Positions 10,158 through 21,388 of a stretch of 64,000 nucleotides of DNA are shown here, in pieces. The DNA comes from Porphyridium purpureum. Its lineage: Eukaryota. How positions within the stretch are numbered: position 1 is the stretch's first letter; the number at the start of each line of letters is the position of its first letter. Below the pieces are notes generated by a model that saw nothing but the letters and a program-made list of their open reading frames with translations, had not been told where the DNA came from and ran no database searches. The stretch is taken from positions 1,674,001 through 1,738,000 of the forward strand of contig VRMN01000001.1 of NCBI GenBank assembly GCA_008690995.1, in the 5' to 3' direction. Position numbers and translations under genes: made by a program.

Positions 10158-10939
10158 TATGCTGATACGTGGGATTCACACACGGGACGACTCACGCATT
10201 TGGAATTCCCCGTGTTCACCGTCCAGCAGCCGCGTGTGCTCCGTGTATCGCGCACACACGCCTGACGCCGCAGCCGCGTCGCAAGTCAGTTAGTCAGTCA
10301 ATCAGTCAGTTCGTGGTCCTCCACAATACCACAACACGCTTCCCACCACCACGCAACGTCAGTTCCACAATTCAGTGTACACCCACTGTCTCTCTTCGCT
10401 CGCCCAAAATAGATCGACAAACGCACAAAACCCTAGCTCTGGCACCACGTGGTCACGCTCGTATCTAAACACCTTCTTTTTCCTATGATACAAGTCGCCA
10501 CCTGCCGCACACCACCCCAACAAAAAGAAAGAAAAAAAATGTAAAACACACGTCGAGCGCGCGTGCTGACAACTTTTTTTTCTCCCGCGCACGCACGGCT
10601 TCGCGCGTTCGCCCTTCCAGCTTTTATATCCCCACTTCGTGCGGTGGGTCCAGCATGGCCGCGCGAAAAATTATTCCAAAACACCCACAAAAACAATGCA
10701 CGCGACTGTCGGTTACTTGCCTGCCACACACACACACACACACACACTCTTGGGAAAACAGGAAAAGAAAAAAACGGCGCGACGAAAAAGCCACGCCACG
10801 CTAATAAAATATACACGTTTTAATAGACGAGCGCGCCAATTTTTATTTTGTTTCTCTTTCTCCGTCGGCTCGCGCGTTCCGTGTCATCATCACCATCGCC
10901 TCCAGACAAACTCGTACCATTCAATCACCGAGAAGGAAT

Positions 10940-10981
10940 AAACCCTTGATCTAACCGGATTGAAACCCTCGATCTAACCGG
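10940..10981 (+). repeat. 19-bp direct repeat (AAACCCTYGATCTAACCGG x2) upstream of RPS3a
   Basis: Copies at 10940-10958 and 10963-10981 differ by one base. Confidence 0.85.
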
Positions 10982-11278
10982 CGCTGTACCGCGCTGGATG
11001 AAGAGGTACGGTGGTTGGTGGTGAATGCTCTTTCGCCCCCGGCGGCGCGCCGCGCGACGGAAATCATTAAACGGCACTGATTTAGCGAGAAACGGGAGAC
11101 GGCTTGGCGACAAGGTGCGATGGGTGTACAGCGGAACTGGAAGCGGGTTTAGTACATTGCACGGTGAGGAGAGGCAGTGAGGGGGGGGAAGAGGGACGGG
11201 CGCGGCGGGGGACGACGAGAAGAGACGAGGGATTGCGTCTGTGACGGTGGAGACAGCGCGTATTGGCAGAGAGGCAAC

Positions 11279-12073
11279 ATGGCGGTCGGCAAGAATAAGC
11301 GGTTGTCCAAGAAGGGCAAGGGGAACAAGAAGCGCGCGTCGGATCCGTTTCTGAAGAAGGAATGGTTCGACGTCAAGGCTCCCAGCATGTTCAAGGTGCG
11401 CCAGGTGGGCAAGACGCTGATCAACCGCACACAAGGCACCAAGATTGCGTCTGAGGGGCTCAAGGATCGCGTGTATGAAGTGTCGCTGGCCGACCTGAAC
11501 GGCGACGAGTCGCTGGCGCTCCGCAAGATGAAGCTGCGCTGCGAAGAGGTGAACGGCAAGAGCTGCCTGACACAGTTTTACGGCATGGACTTTAGCCGCG
11601 ATAAGTTGTGCGCAATGGTGCGAAAGTGGCAGACCCTGATCGAGGCAAATGTGGACGTAAAGACCACCGATGGCTACGTCCTTCGCATGTTTTGCATCGG
11701 ATTCACCAAGCGCAGGCAGTTCCAGGTGCGCAAGACCTCGTACGCGCAGTCTTCCCACATTCGAATGATTAGGAAACGCATGGTGGATATCATGACCCGC
11801 GAGGCACAGTCTTCTGACCTCAAGGAACTCGTCAACAAGCTGGTGCCAGAGACCATTGGAGCTGAGATTGAGAAGGCATGCACGAGAATCTACCCGCTCC
11901 AGAACGTGCACATTCGCAAAGTCAAGCTGCTAAAGGCGCCGCGATTTGATATCACCAAGTTGATGGAACTGCACCAAGGCGGTGCCACCGAGGATGTAGG
12001 TGTGGGAGTTGCCCCAGTAGCCGCAGAAGTTGTCGGCGCGGAGGGCGCTGACCTGACTGAAGTAGTTGCGTAA
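11279..12073 (+). CDS. RPS3A: 40S ribosomal protein S3a (eS1)
   Basis: [15 protein letters not shown] ... [14 protein letters not shown] ... [18 protein letters not shown]. No intron. Confidence 0.98.
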   Translation: MAVGKNKRLSKKGKGNKKRASDPFLKKEWFDVKAPSMFKVRQVGKTLINRTQGTKIASEGLKDRVYEVSLADLNGDESLALRKMKLRCEEVNGKSCLTQFYGMDFSRDKLCAMVRKWQTLIEANVDVKTTDGYVLRMFCIGFTKRRQFQVRKTSYAQSSHIRMIRKRMVDIMTREAQSSDLKELVNKLVPETIGAEIEKACTRIYPLQNVHIRKVKLLKAPRFDITKLMELHQGGATEDVGVGVAPVAAEVVGAEGADLTEVVA

Positions 12074-12250
12074 ATAATACACTCTTGACCTCTTTTCTCC
12101 GCTCATGGTTCCCACTTTCTCCGTTGTTTTCATAGATGCATCCCTCATGCTGCGCCGAGCAGCGATGGCAGGAAGGCTACTTGAGCAGCCATGCGCGGTC
12201 GCAGCAGCCGCGGCGGTGACCGAGGCGCCGCGGGGCGGCGAGTCCACGCC

Positions 12251-14287
12251 ATGTACGAGCTTGTGGTGGCCGCGTTCGAGTCTGTGCGCATAGGCACCAG
12301 CGCGTCTCTGCGTTCCGCGCTATACGCCCAGCAGGCGGCGTGCGGTTCCGAATTTCGTGCAGTGTATGCGCTGGCGCTGGAGTTTCAGAAGGCGGACCGC
12401 AGCAAGATGGCTCAGGTCTTGCCAAACATTCAAGGCTGGGCGCGGGCTGAGCAGACGCTTGCTCTTGTGCTGTTGTTCGAACTTGTTTGCGGTGCGGGCC
12501 GTGTGCGCATGACCGACAAATCAAGTGCCCAGAACGTACTCCCGGCTTTCCATCTCCCTCAGAAAGTGCACGACCAAGTAAGAGCCATGGGCCTTACCCT
12601 TGACGGAAAGGAAGTCAAGCTCGCGGTACAGCGCAAATTTGGGTCATTCGAAAGTGCCCGTCGCGCTCTCAAGCAGCCTCAAGAGCTTGCCGCTCTCGCG
12701 CCTAGGCTGCGCTTCGCGCGATGGAACGGTCTCGCATTTCCAGACGGTGTGGAGCAGATGCGGAAGGAACTCGAAGCGCTCGGTTTCTTATTCGTTAGCA
12801 ATGAGAACGCAGTGCTGAATTCAGATTCCGCGACAGCCTTCACGCAGGATGTGACCGTTCCTGAACTGTTCGCTTTCAATCCGCGTGCGAAATTATATGA
12901 CTGCCCCTTGGTAACGAGCGGCGCGCTCATCTTACAAGACAAGGGCAGTTGCCTGGCCGCAGCCGCGCTATTGGACGGGCTCTCAGAAATATTTCATGGT
13001 GATGACAATGGGAAGACGCCAGTGATCTTAGACGCGTGTGCTGCGCCGGGAAACAAATCGCTTCATGCAGCGCATCTCGCCAGTAGGCGTGCAGTGTTTG
13101 AGAAGACGCAGGTTGCAAACAACCCGGTAGTTGTGGCCGTTGAACGAGACGCGACGCGTTTTAATCTTCTTTGTGAGCGCGTGGCGGCGCATGCCGGCAG
13201 TGAGTGGGTGCTGTGTTTGAACGCAGACTTCTTGGCCATCCGACCAAATCATGAGGCGCTCGCCAACGTGACAGTGCGGGCAATTCTTCTCGATCCGAGC
13301 TGTTCAGGCAGTGGAATGCGCTCACGTTCAGATATTGGAAGCGACCGTCCCATAGATGTTGCACGGCTACAGCGGCTCTGCGCTTTCCAGAAAACCGCGC
13401 TCGTGCACGCTTTGTGTGATTTTCCTGACGCGCTTCGAGTGTACGTTGGTGTCGTTCGTTTGTTCTATTCTTTCGTCATCAAGACCTTGCAGTCGTGCCT
13501 CGTTGTCCCCACGGTCAGCAAGAGCTTTCCTCACCCTGACTGTGAGCTTCAGCGCAGTGCATATGATTTCAGTTTCCTTCCATATGAGATTTCTGGTTGA
13601 GACACAGATCGATCACATTGATTGACCGGTGTCGCTGAGAAATCTCTTTTTTTTTACCCTTTCTTCTGATGCCGCGCAGAGAGCACGTCGAAACCTGTCC
13701 AGGGTCATGCTGCACAGAAACAATTTGTTGACCGAGTCTCATGTACTGACCTGATTTGGCCAAAGACAATCTGTGGTCTGCGGTGCATTTTGTCTGTGTC
13801 TATTGTTCTTTGCTCTTCTTGCCTCCTTGCGACTTGCAGTTCCTACTCGACGTGCAGTGTACACCACGAAGAAAACGAAGACGTGGTTGAGTATGCTCTC
13901 GCTGCTGCAAATTCAGCGTTGAGTCGCAGTGCTGGTGGGAGTAGTCCCTGGGAACTGGCAACTGCGTTGCCCCAGTGGCACCGCCGCGGGTCAAGCACAA
14001 GCCTGCCTCATGCGGAGCGCTGTATACATTGCGATCCGGCCAAAGACCGTACGAACGGCTTCTTCCTTGCCGTCTTTCGGCGTGATAGCACATCGTCCCG
14101 CAGACAAACTCACAATTCGACAAGCGACAAGTTTAAGAGTGACGAAGAAGCTGGCAGAAGTCTGAAGGAAAAGGACGCACAAGTGGATGTCAAGGATTTG
14201 AATTTCAAACCAAGTCAAGCGGCGAAGCGGAAAACGGCCAGGTCGCAGCGCTCGTCACGCAAACGACTGAAGCGCGCCATTGTTTGA
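12251..14287 (+). CDS. NSUN5: NSUN5/Rcm1-like rRNA cytosine-5 methyltransferase. Exons 12251-13440 and 13840-14287
   Basis: LILQDKGSC, ILDACAAPGNKS, LLDPSCSGSG and, after splicing, VSYSTCSVHHEENEDVV and TNGFFLAVF. Intron 13441-13839 (GTACGT ... TACTGAC ... TTGCAG), phase 2. Confidence 0.9.
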
Positions 14288-14399
14288 GTTTTGTGAACGT
14301 ATTCCAGCATTAATTATTATCGCAGGCGATGAACTGCGAGAGCGAAGAAAAAGAAAGAAAGAGGGGATGGAGGGCAAAAGCGAAAGAAGGGCCGCTCTG

Positions 14400-15128
14400 T
14401 CACGACTCGATTTGATTAACCTTGTACAATCCGTACAAGGAGCTCAACAGCAGAAACAGAACAACGCTGGGCGTGAATAAGGATTCGAAAGTCGCCACAA
14501 AACCAATGATGGACTGCGGAACATCCTGCTGACGGACCTTGTAGTAAGCCTCGGTTGTAATGATGAGTCCGTCTCCGATCCAGAACAACATGAGCCCAAG
14601 CAGCGCGACCTGCAAGCCACGCTCGGCCTTGACGAGCTGCTCTTGCGAGTACTTCTCTTTCAAGATCTTGTATAGATTCACAGTTCGTTCGGTAAGCGTC
14701 TTTTGCTCCTCTCGCTCCTGTGCAAGTCGGGCGTCCATGCGCATAGCTTGTGTCTTCGGATTCTCCAGCCCGAACCCTCGAAGGACTTTGTCTAAATCCT
14801 TGTCTTTCTTCTTTTTCATTTCAGCGGCATCAAAGCCCACCGCTTTAGAAGCAGCCGCTGTCGCTTCTTTAACCCGTTCTGAACCGCTCGTGCTCTGGAG
14901 TCCTGATTCCTGCTGAGCGTCCACCTGGTCATCGGCTTTCGCACCAGGCATCTGTTTGCCCGTGAATTCTTCTTGATCCACCTCAATGGCCTCGGGCCTT
15001 GGCGCGGAAGCCTTGTCGCTTTTGCTCTGCCCCTTCCCCTTCTTTGCTGCCACGCAAGTGGCTCTGCCGCGCGCGGGCGCGGATCCCAGTCGGCCGCCGA
15101 CGGACGGCCAGCCACCTACAAACGCCAT
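14400..15128 (-). CDS. Putative plastid-targeted membrane protein of unknown function
   Basis: MAFVGG transit-like start, charged middle region, two C-terminal TM helices. Confidence 0.7.
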   Translation of the reverse strand: MAFVGGWPSVGGRLGSAPARGRATCVAAKKGKGQSKSDKASAPRPEAIEVDQEEFTGKQMPGAKADDQVDAQQESGLQSTSGSERVKEATAAASKAVGFDAAEMKKKKDKDLDKVLRGFGLENPKTQAMRMDARLAQEREEQKTLTERTVNLYKILKEKYSQEQLVKAERGLQVALLGLMLFWIGDGLIITTEAYYKVRQQDVPQSIIGFVATFESLFTPSVVLFLLLSSLYGLYKVNQIES

Positions 15129-15354
15129 CTCTGCGTGTCAGCAAAGTCGGTCGCGCGGACGGCTCTATTTTGTGCCCGTCGTCTCGCGTCGACGCGATGA
15201 TGCGTTATCAATGTGTGTGCGCGACAGCAAGAGGGTCCCTTGTCCCAGAAAGCTGACGCCCATGCATCGTCCTCACGAGGTCACGAGCGAAATGGGCGCT
15301 CTCCGCTCGAGATGGCACTTGAAAGGTTTATCGGCTAAAACGGTTTAAAGAATG

Positions 15355-17445
15355 CTACTGGCGCAGGAAAAAGTAGTCGGAGCATTGAGCCGGGATCTCG
15401 GCGAGAACGTCGCTGGCCAACTGCTGTATGGAGTGCGGGCCCGAATGCTTCCGCATCGGCACGAACTGGACAATATCACGAGGGAACGTCTTGCGCGAGT
15501 GGTCGCCGTCGAGCTCTTCCATGCCGGAGAAGTCAGCACTGCCGACGCCGGCAATCACAATGGAAAGCGGGGTAGTCTTGCACGCTGATGCAATCAGCCG
15601 CTTCACTGCGGGCATGTCGTGGATTGCACCGTCCGTCAGAATCAGGAGCACGGTGTACCGGAACGCATTGCTGTCGCTGGTAGCTTGCTTGATCGATTCT
15701 GAGATGATCTCACCGAACTGGGTCGGTCCGTGCAGCGACACGTTCTGCAGCGCCGCTCGGTAAGCCTGCAGCATGCCTGGTACACCAACGACGCGCGGAT
15801 CTTGCGGATTGCCGTTCAGGGGAAAGCAGTGCGAAACGCCAGACGCACCAGGCAGCTTACCGCCAAAGCCGTACATCGGCACATACTTGTCACGATCATA
15901 CGCGAGCAAAATGCTACCCACAGTCTCAAGTGCCTGCTCATACACGTTCTTGTGGTTTGGATCCGCGCTGAGAAAGTGTAGCGACTGTGGGTTGCTTGGC
16001 GCTAGATTTGAGGCGGTCCAGTCGACGCACGTGATGAGCGAGATTTCCAAGTTGCGGTACAGAAGCGCCTCAAAGCTTTCCTTGAGTTTGATCACGGCTG
16101 GGCCCATGGTGGTCACCTTGCCAACACTTTTGCGCGACCTCTTCGGCGGATCTAGCTCCATCTCAAAGCCCGTCGGACGCATCAACTGGGCAACAGAGCA
16201 TTCGAACTTTCCGATTAAATCCTCCGCGCTGCCCTCGTCGTAATCATAGCACGAAATTTGAATTGGGCGGTTCACATCACCTTGACACAGCTGCGTCAAG
16301 GAAATCTGCATGGGCTGCCAAACCGGATCCTTTGTGTTCTTGACAAACTCGGTCTTGGCCACCAGACGTGGCTGCGGGTCCATTGCGTAGATCTTTAAGA
16401 ATGGGTCCGATTTCGACAGTGGGCCGTCCATCGACTTGATCTGTGAGCCTGCAAAGCTTACAAACACAAAATGATCGTTCGCCGCCACTGGTTCAACTTT
16501 CAGCGTGATCTTGGCACCGCTGCCGTCCGAAAGGAAATCTGTCACAGAGCAATTCGGTGCGCCCATCAGGTCACCCAGTGTGGTCTTGAATGTCCCCAGC
16601 TTCTGACCCTTGGCATCCGAATCGCACACATCAACAACGAGGTACTGCAACTCGCCGAAGTAAAAGTCGAGTTCAGTTCTTTTGGACCACTCTGGGTTGA
16701 GATTGTCCTTGAGCGATTCAGTTTGACCTGTGTGGTGAAACGCGGTCTCATGGCCAAATCGAATGCTCACATTGACGTACGGACTCGGCGTGCCACGTCC
16801 AATTTTGCTCTTCAGGTCATTGCATCGCACGAAAAGTTGCACCTTGCTTGGGCGCACGTTCTTATTCAGTGGTCCACCGCCAGATGGTACTGCACTCTGC
16901 GGTGGCTGCATGGTTGCCTGCTGAACCGCCGCGGCTTGTGGCGGCGGCGCCATCGCGTTGTATGCTCCGTACGCTGCTGGCGCTTGTCCGTAGTGCTGGG
17001 ACGCGGGTGCAGCCGTGCCGTAGGCAGGCTGCGAGGCGCCTAGCGGTGGGGCGTAATACCCACCGCCTTGCGTCGCCTGATAGCCGTATCCCGCGGGGAC
17101 CTGCTGACCTTCAGCTGCCTGCGGTTGCTGGGTCGAGTACGCTCCATACTGCGCCGGTGGCTGCGCGTAATACTGAGGTGCAGGTGCTGGCGCTCCATAC
17201 CCGGGCTGCGGCTGGTACATTCCAGGCGGCGGGGCGTAGTACCCCTGCGGCGGCGGCGGCTGCTGCTGCTGCTGCTGCTGCTGAGCCCCTGCTGGTGGGG
17301 CGTAATACCCTGCCGGCGGCGGCGGTGCCGCGCCATACGGCTGCTGCGGAGGCTGGCCATGATACTGAGGCGCCTGCGCAGGATCGCCATATCCCTGTGG
17401 CGGTAGCCCTTGTGGTGGCGGCGGTCCGCCCGGCGGTTGAGACAT
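15355..17445 (-). CDS. Copine (C2-C2-vWA) with a Pro/Gln/Tyr-rich N-terminus
   Basis: KSDPFLKIY, CVDWTASN, SLHF, YDRDKYVPMYGFGG, LHGPTQF, LLILTDG and RDIVQFVP. Confidence 0.93.
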   Translation of the reverse strand: MSQPPGGPPPPQGLPPQGYGDPAQAPQYHGQPPQQPYGAAPPPPAGYYAPPAGAQQQQQQQQPPPPQGYYAPPPGMYQPQPGYGAPAPAPQYYAQPPAQYGAYSTQQPQAAEGQQVPAGYGYQATQGGGYYAPPLGASQPAYGTAAPASQHYGQAPAAYGAYNAMAPPPQAAAVQQATMQPPQSAVPSGGGPLNKNVRPSKVQLFVRCNDLKSKIGRGTPSPYVNVSIRFGHETAFHHTGQTESLKDNLNPEWSKRTELDFYFGELQYLVVDVCDSDAKGQKLGTFKTTLGDLMGAPNCSVTDFLSDGSGAKITLKVEPVAANDHFVFVSFAGSQIKSMDGPLSKSDPFLKIYAMDPQPRLVAKTEFVKNTKDPVWQPMQISLTQLCQGDVNRPIQISCYDYDEGSAEDLIGKFECSVAQLMRPTGFEMELDPPKRSRKSVGKVTTMGPAVIKLKESFEALLYRNLEISLITCVDWTASNLAPSNPQSLHFLSADPNHKNVYEQALETVGSILLAYDRDKYVPMYGFGGKLPGASGVSHCFPLNGNPQDPRVVGVPGMLQAYRAALQNVSLHGPTQFGEIISESIKQATSDSNAFRYTVLLILTDGAIHDMPAVKRLIASACKTTPLSIVIAGVGSADFSGMEELDGDHSRKTFPRDIVQFVPMRKHSGPHSIQQLASDVLAEIPAQCSDYFFLRQ

Positions 17446-17546
17446 CACGATCCTTACTATGACACCTCAACCCCGCACGCGACCCACCCGACAGTTGATC
17501 GCCACGGCGCTGCATCTCGCCAACCGCGCTGCTCACCATCACGGCG

Positions 17547-17597
17547 GTACCGTTTTGACTGTACATTTTAAGAAGTACAGTTTAAAGTCTGAGGTAC
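17547..17597. promoter_or_regulatory. GTAC motif cluster in the copine/GGCT divergent promoter
   Basis: GTAC at 17547, 17561, 17575 and 17594. Confidence 0.5.
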
Positions 17598-17700
17598 AGT
17601 TGGGAAAGCGCGGCTTTGGAACAAGCCGCTGCGTTGAGCTGCTGAGATGCGGATGGTGTGAGCAGCTGTGCGTTCCCTTCCAGCCGATCCAGTGGTGCGA

Positions 17701-18246
17701 ATGGCGCCCGGCACGCCGGCAGCAGACGACGACCCGCTCTTGTTTGTCTACGGCACTCTGAGGAAAAGCTATGTCCAGCTCGCGTCGACGTGGAGAGCGT
17801 CAGAAGGCCGCGAGACCACCTTTCTGGACCCGCCGCGTGTGCTGCTCGAGCTGGGTGTAGCGCACGTAGGCATTGCGCGCTTGCAGGGATTCGAGCTGTT
17901 TGATGTCGGAAGCTATCCCGGCATCCGTCGCGCGGAGCGCGCGGCAGACCCTGCGTTTGTGGTCGGCGATGTCTTCCGCATTCCACGCGGCAATGCAGCG
18001 CGCGTGTGGAACCAGCTCGACGCGTACGAAGAGTGCTGCGAGTCAGATCCTCAGCCGCATGAATACACGCGATGCGTCGTGAGCGTCCAGCTCGATGCGA
18101 ATGGCATGGCCACAGGCTCCGTGCAGCACGTCGAAAATGCCTGGGCGTACGTGTATGCGTGGGACTCACACGCGTGCGCGCGGATCGAACATGGCGACTA
18201 CATCCTTTACCTGGAACAGAAAGCGCTGCGGCGCTTGGACCCGTGA
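17701..18246 (+). CDS. Gamma-glutamylcyclotransferase (GGACT/AIG2-like)
   Basis: LFVYGTLR, SYPGI, VVGDVF, LDAYEE, AWAYVY and RIEHGDY. Confidence 0.85.
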   Translation: MAPGTPAADDDPLLFVYGTLRKSYVQLASTWRASEGRETTFLDPPRVLLELGVAHVGIARLQGFELFDVGSYPGIRRAERAADPAFVVGDVFRIPRGNAARVWNQLDAYEECCESDPQPHEYTRCVVSVQLDANGMATGSVQHVENAWAYVYAWDSHACARIEHGDYILYLEQKALRRLDP

Positions 18247-18452
18247 GTTTACTTGCGTGCGGCACTCGAGCCGGCATGCAAGAGACAGTAAAAGAAAGAG
18301 ACACAGGAAAGAAACGAAAAACGGGTGAAAGTACAGTGCGTTCACCAACTTTTCCAAGCGCCGCACGCACCCGGCCAGCAACGACGGTTTGCGACGACGG
18401 TTGCGGGGACGACACCCGGAAGATGGGTGGAGGAAGGGGTTGAAAGGTCACG

Positions 18453-21199
18453 ATGCAGCTCACGTCGACGCTGCGGCAGCGGAAGAGCGGGGTGGCCCCG
18501 TGTAGCAACGTGCGGTCTGACCCGGCAGTGGATCTCGATGACCGCTGCACAACCAGCGCGAATGGAACGGTCAAGACGGCTCCCGGAAAGGGAGCGCCGC
18601 CAGCCAAGAGGATGACCCAGGCGGGCGGTTTTGCTGTGGCGTTCTTGTGGTTTGTGCTGCTCAACTTGTTTGCGCTGTGGGCGCGGCAGAGGACGCCACC
18701 GTTTCTGCCAGCAAGCGCTCCTCCACATATCTTTTCTGGACAGCGCGCGCTTGACCGGGTCGCTGGCCTGTGCGGGTCCTTTCGATACGTCGGCACGCTG
18801 GCGCTTCATCAAGCCACGCAAGAGCTTGCCAAGCAAGTGCAGGAACTCAAGGAGCTTGCAGAGCATTTCTCAAAGGACCGTTTCGTGTTCGAGTATGATG
18901 TGCAGCGCGTCGACGGTTCGTTTGCGCTGAACATTCGTTCGTTCCATGATCTTCTGATCGCGCAGTCATATGAATCTATCACCAACATAGCCATAAGGAT
19001 CTACCCTCGAGAACTCGGCCCGGACGCGCGCACGCTCGTTGTCAACTCGCACTACGATACCGCGGCAGGATCCCCTGGATGCGTAGACGCTACAGCAGCC
19101 ATCGGGACGATGATGGAAATGGTATCTGGGCTGGTCCACGCTTATGATGATGAGACTTGTGCGCAGGATCCAGAGCACATGAAAGCATGCGCTGAGCGCC
19201 AGTTGACGCACCCGGTTGTGTTTTTGCTCAATGGAGCCGAAGAGGTTTTCCTAGTAGGCGCACACGGTTTCGTAACAAAGCATCCGTATATGGATGCGAC
19301 ATCCCTGCTGCTGAACCTGGAAGCATCTGGTGCTAGCGGGCCAGCCCTGCTCTTCCGATGTGGACCTGGCCACGGCTGGATGGCTCGGACATACGCAAAA
19401 GCGGTTCCACTTCCTCACGCTTCGTGTGCTTCGCAAGACATAATGAACTTGGATCTCTTTCCAGCCGAGACTGACCATCGCGTTTTTGTCGAGTACGGCG
19501 GACTCAGTGGTTTCGATATCGCCAGTTACGAGAATGGGTACGTGTATCATACCAAATACGACAATCTGGAAAACGCGGGCCGCGGCTTCATTCAGCACTT
19601 GGGCGAAACAGCCACCAGTCTCATGACCGAGTTGGTCGGGAAGAACGCTGCCATAGAAATGAACGGGATGTCTGATCATCGTGCCCAGGAACGCATGGTC
19701 TTTTTTGACATATTCGGTTTGTTTACTGTGGTGTACTCGATGCAATTCGCTTGGTACTTGAATGTTGCAACGTGCCTCGCAGTGCTCGCGGTCGTGACGA
19801 TGCGGACCAAGCGGGCCGTAAAGGGATGTAGTCCGCCAGTGCATTTGCTACAGTGCTTTTTCTTTGGCATAGCTCTTTTGCTCGCGTGTGCAGGTACCGG
19901 CTCCATCGCGGGGCTCTTGCTGCGATACGTCGCTCGCCGTCCGCTTGCTTGGTATGGGCTTGAGAATGAGTGGCTTATGATTCCGTTGTTTGCGTTTCCG
20001 GCCTGCACGGTGCTCCTCGTCTTGGTTGATGCGTTTGTCGGCGCTCGGTGGTCGTGGATTCTTTTGAACTCGTGCAACAAGTCTTTGTGGTCTTTTGCGC
20101 TTTGTGTTGTACCTTATTTACGTCGGCGAATCTCGGCATGGCGTACATTCCTATGTTAAATATGGTGTTCGCTCTCGTCTCGTTTACGCTGAAAAACAAG
20201 GTACTTCGAAGCATGGTGGCATCCATACCATTCTCGCTCGGAATCATGGTGAATGGTACTGTTCTGGGGTCGTTTCCAGCAATCATGGGGCGGGCTGGCG
20301 TGAAGTCACAGCCGGATCTGTTCATTGGCGTTCTGGTGGCGCTCTGTACCTACGTGTTTTTTGCAGCACCCTGGCTGGCGCTTCTCTCGGAGCTACGCGT
20401 GCGCACGCTGCGCCTTGTATCCGTGGCACTGATGAGTGTTTGGCTTGCAGCTATGGTGTTTGTGTACCTCACTATGGAGCACGGACCGTACTCACAGGCT
20501 GCGCCGAAGCGAATGTTCGTGAATCACTTTGAGGGCGATGAGCATAATGCCTTGTTTGTAAGTGCGTGGGATCCAATCCCCTTGGAGTCCATGTCTTCGT
20601 TTAAGGAGCCCATGGCAAGTGTGTTTGGAATGGCGCAGCCGGCAAGCACACTCACCTGGGGCGGGCCCATGAATGTGAGCGGCTGGGAGGGGCTGCGACC
20701 GTTCAGCAGTATGCTAGACGGTGTGCGGTACGGCCCGTTGAATGAATCACATGGATTAGCTCCCGTGCGTCTGCGTGTCTTGTCCGACGTCTCGGACACA
20801 TCCAATGACCACCGCCGTCTCGAGCTGGAACTGTCTTCGCAGGATTCACATCAGCTCATGATCCGTTTAGACAACTGCCACATTCTGGAGTGGCCTTACA
20901 CGCCCTATGTACCACGGTCCAACCCTCATTTCGGTGGCTACGTGATCCGCCACACAGGCACGACGTGGCAGACGCCGCGCGCTGCCTCAGATATCAAGGA
21001 ACCCGCATCACAAGAGCACCACCACACGCAGACGCTCCGCCTCGCGCTTGTTCTGCAAGGCGCGCATTGCAACCTTCATGTCGTCTGCGTGGCTGCCAGG
21101 CTGGGCCGATCGAGCGTCACGCGCCAAGTCGAGCAGCTGCTTCCGCCGCGCTTTGCGCCAGTCTTCCTCCTGACGTCGGGCAGCACGTTTTCGCTCTAG
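18453..21199 (+). CDS. M28 membrane metallopeptidase (ERMP1/PFF1-like), split across two reading frames near 20030-20159
   Basis: VVNSHYDT, FLLNGAEE, LLNLEASG, FPAETDHRVF and GYVYHTKYD in ORF 18453-20159. TM segments and PYSQAAPKRMFVNH continue in ORF 20048-21199. Confidence 0.85.
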
Positions 21200-21388
21200 G
21201 GTTTCGGACTTGACCAGGCCAGGGGATTAGGGTATACGAGCGAGCACGGCCCTGGTGCTGGTGGTAGCGGGTGTACAGTGCGGCGGGTAGGCATGTGTAC
21301 AGCGGGAGTTGGAGGTGGAGAGCAAGACGGCAGCCCCGAGGGAAAGGGCGACGGAGAGCCATGAGGCGCCAACGCATCACGTCCGGCA

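Noticed and set aside
10925..11911. 328-aa minus-strand ORF
   Set aside because: Antisense to RPS3a.
17582..18796. 404-aa minus-strand ORF
   Set aside because: Overlaps two well-supported plus-strand genes and has no recognisable motif.
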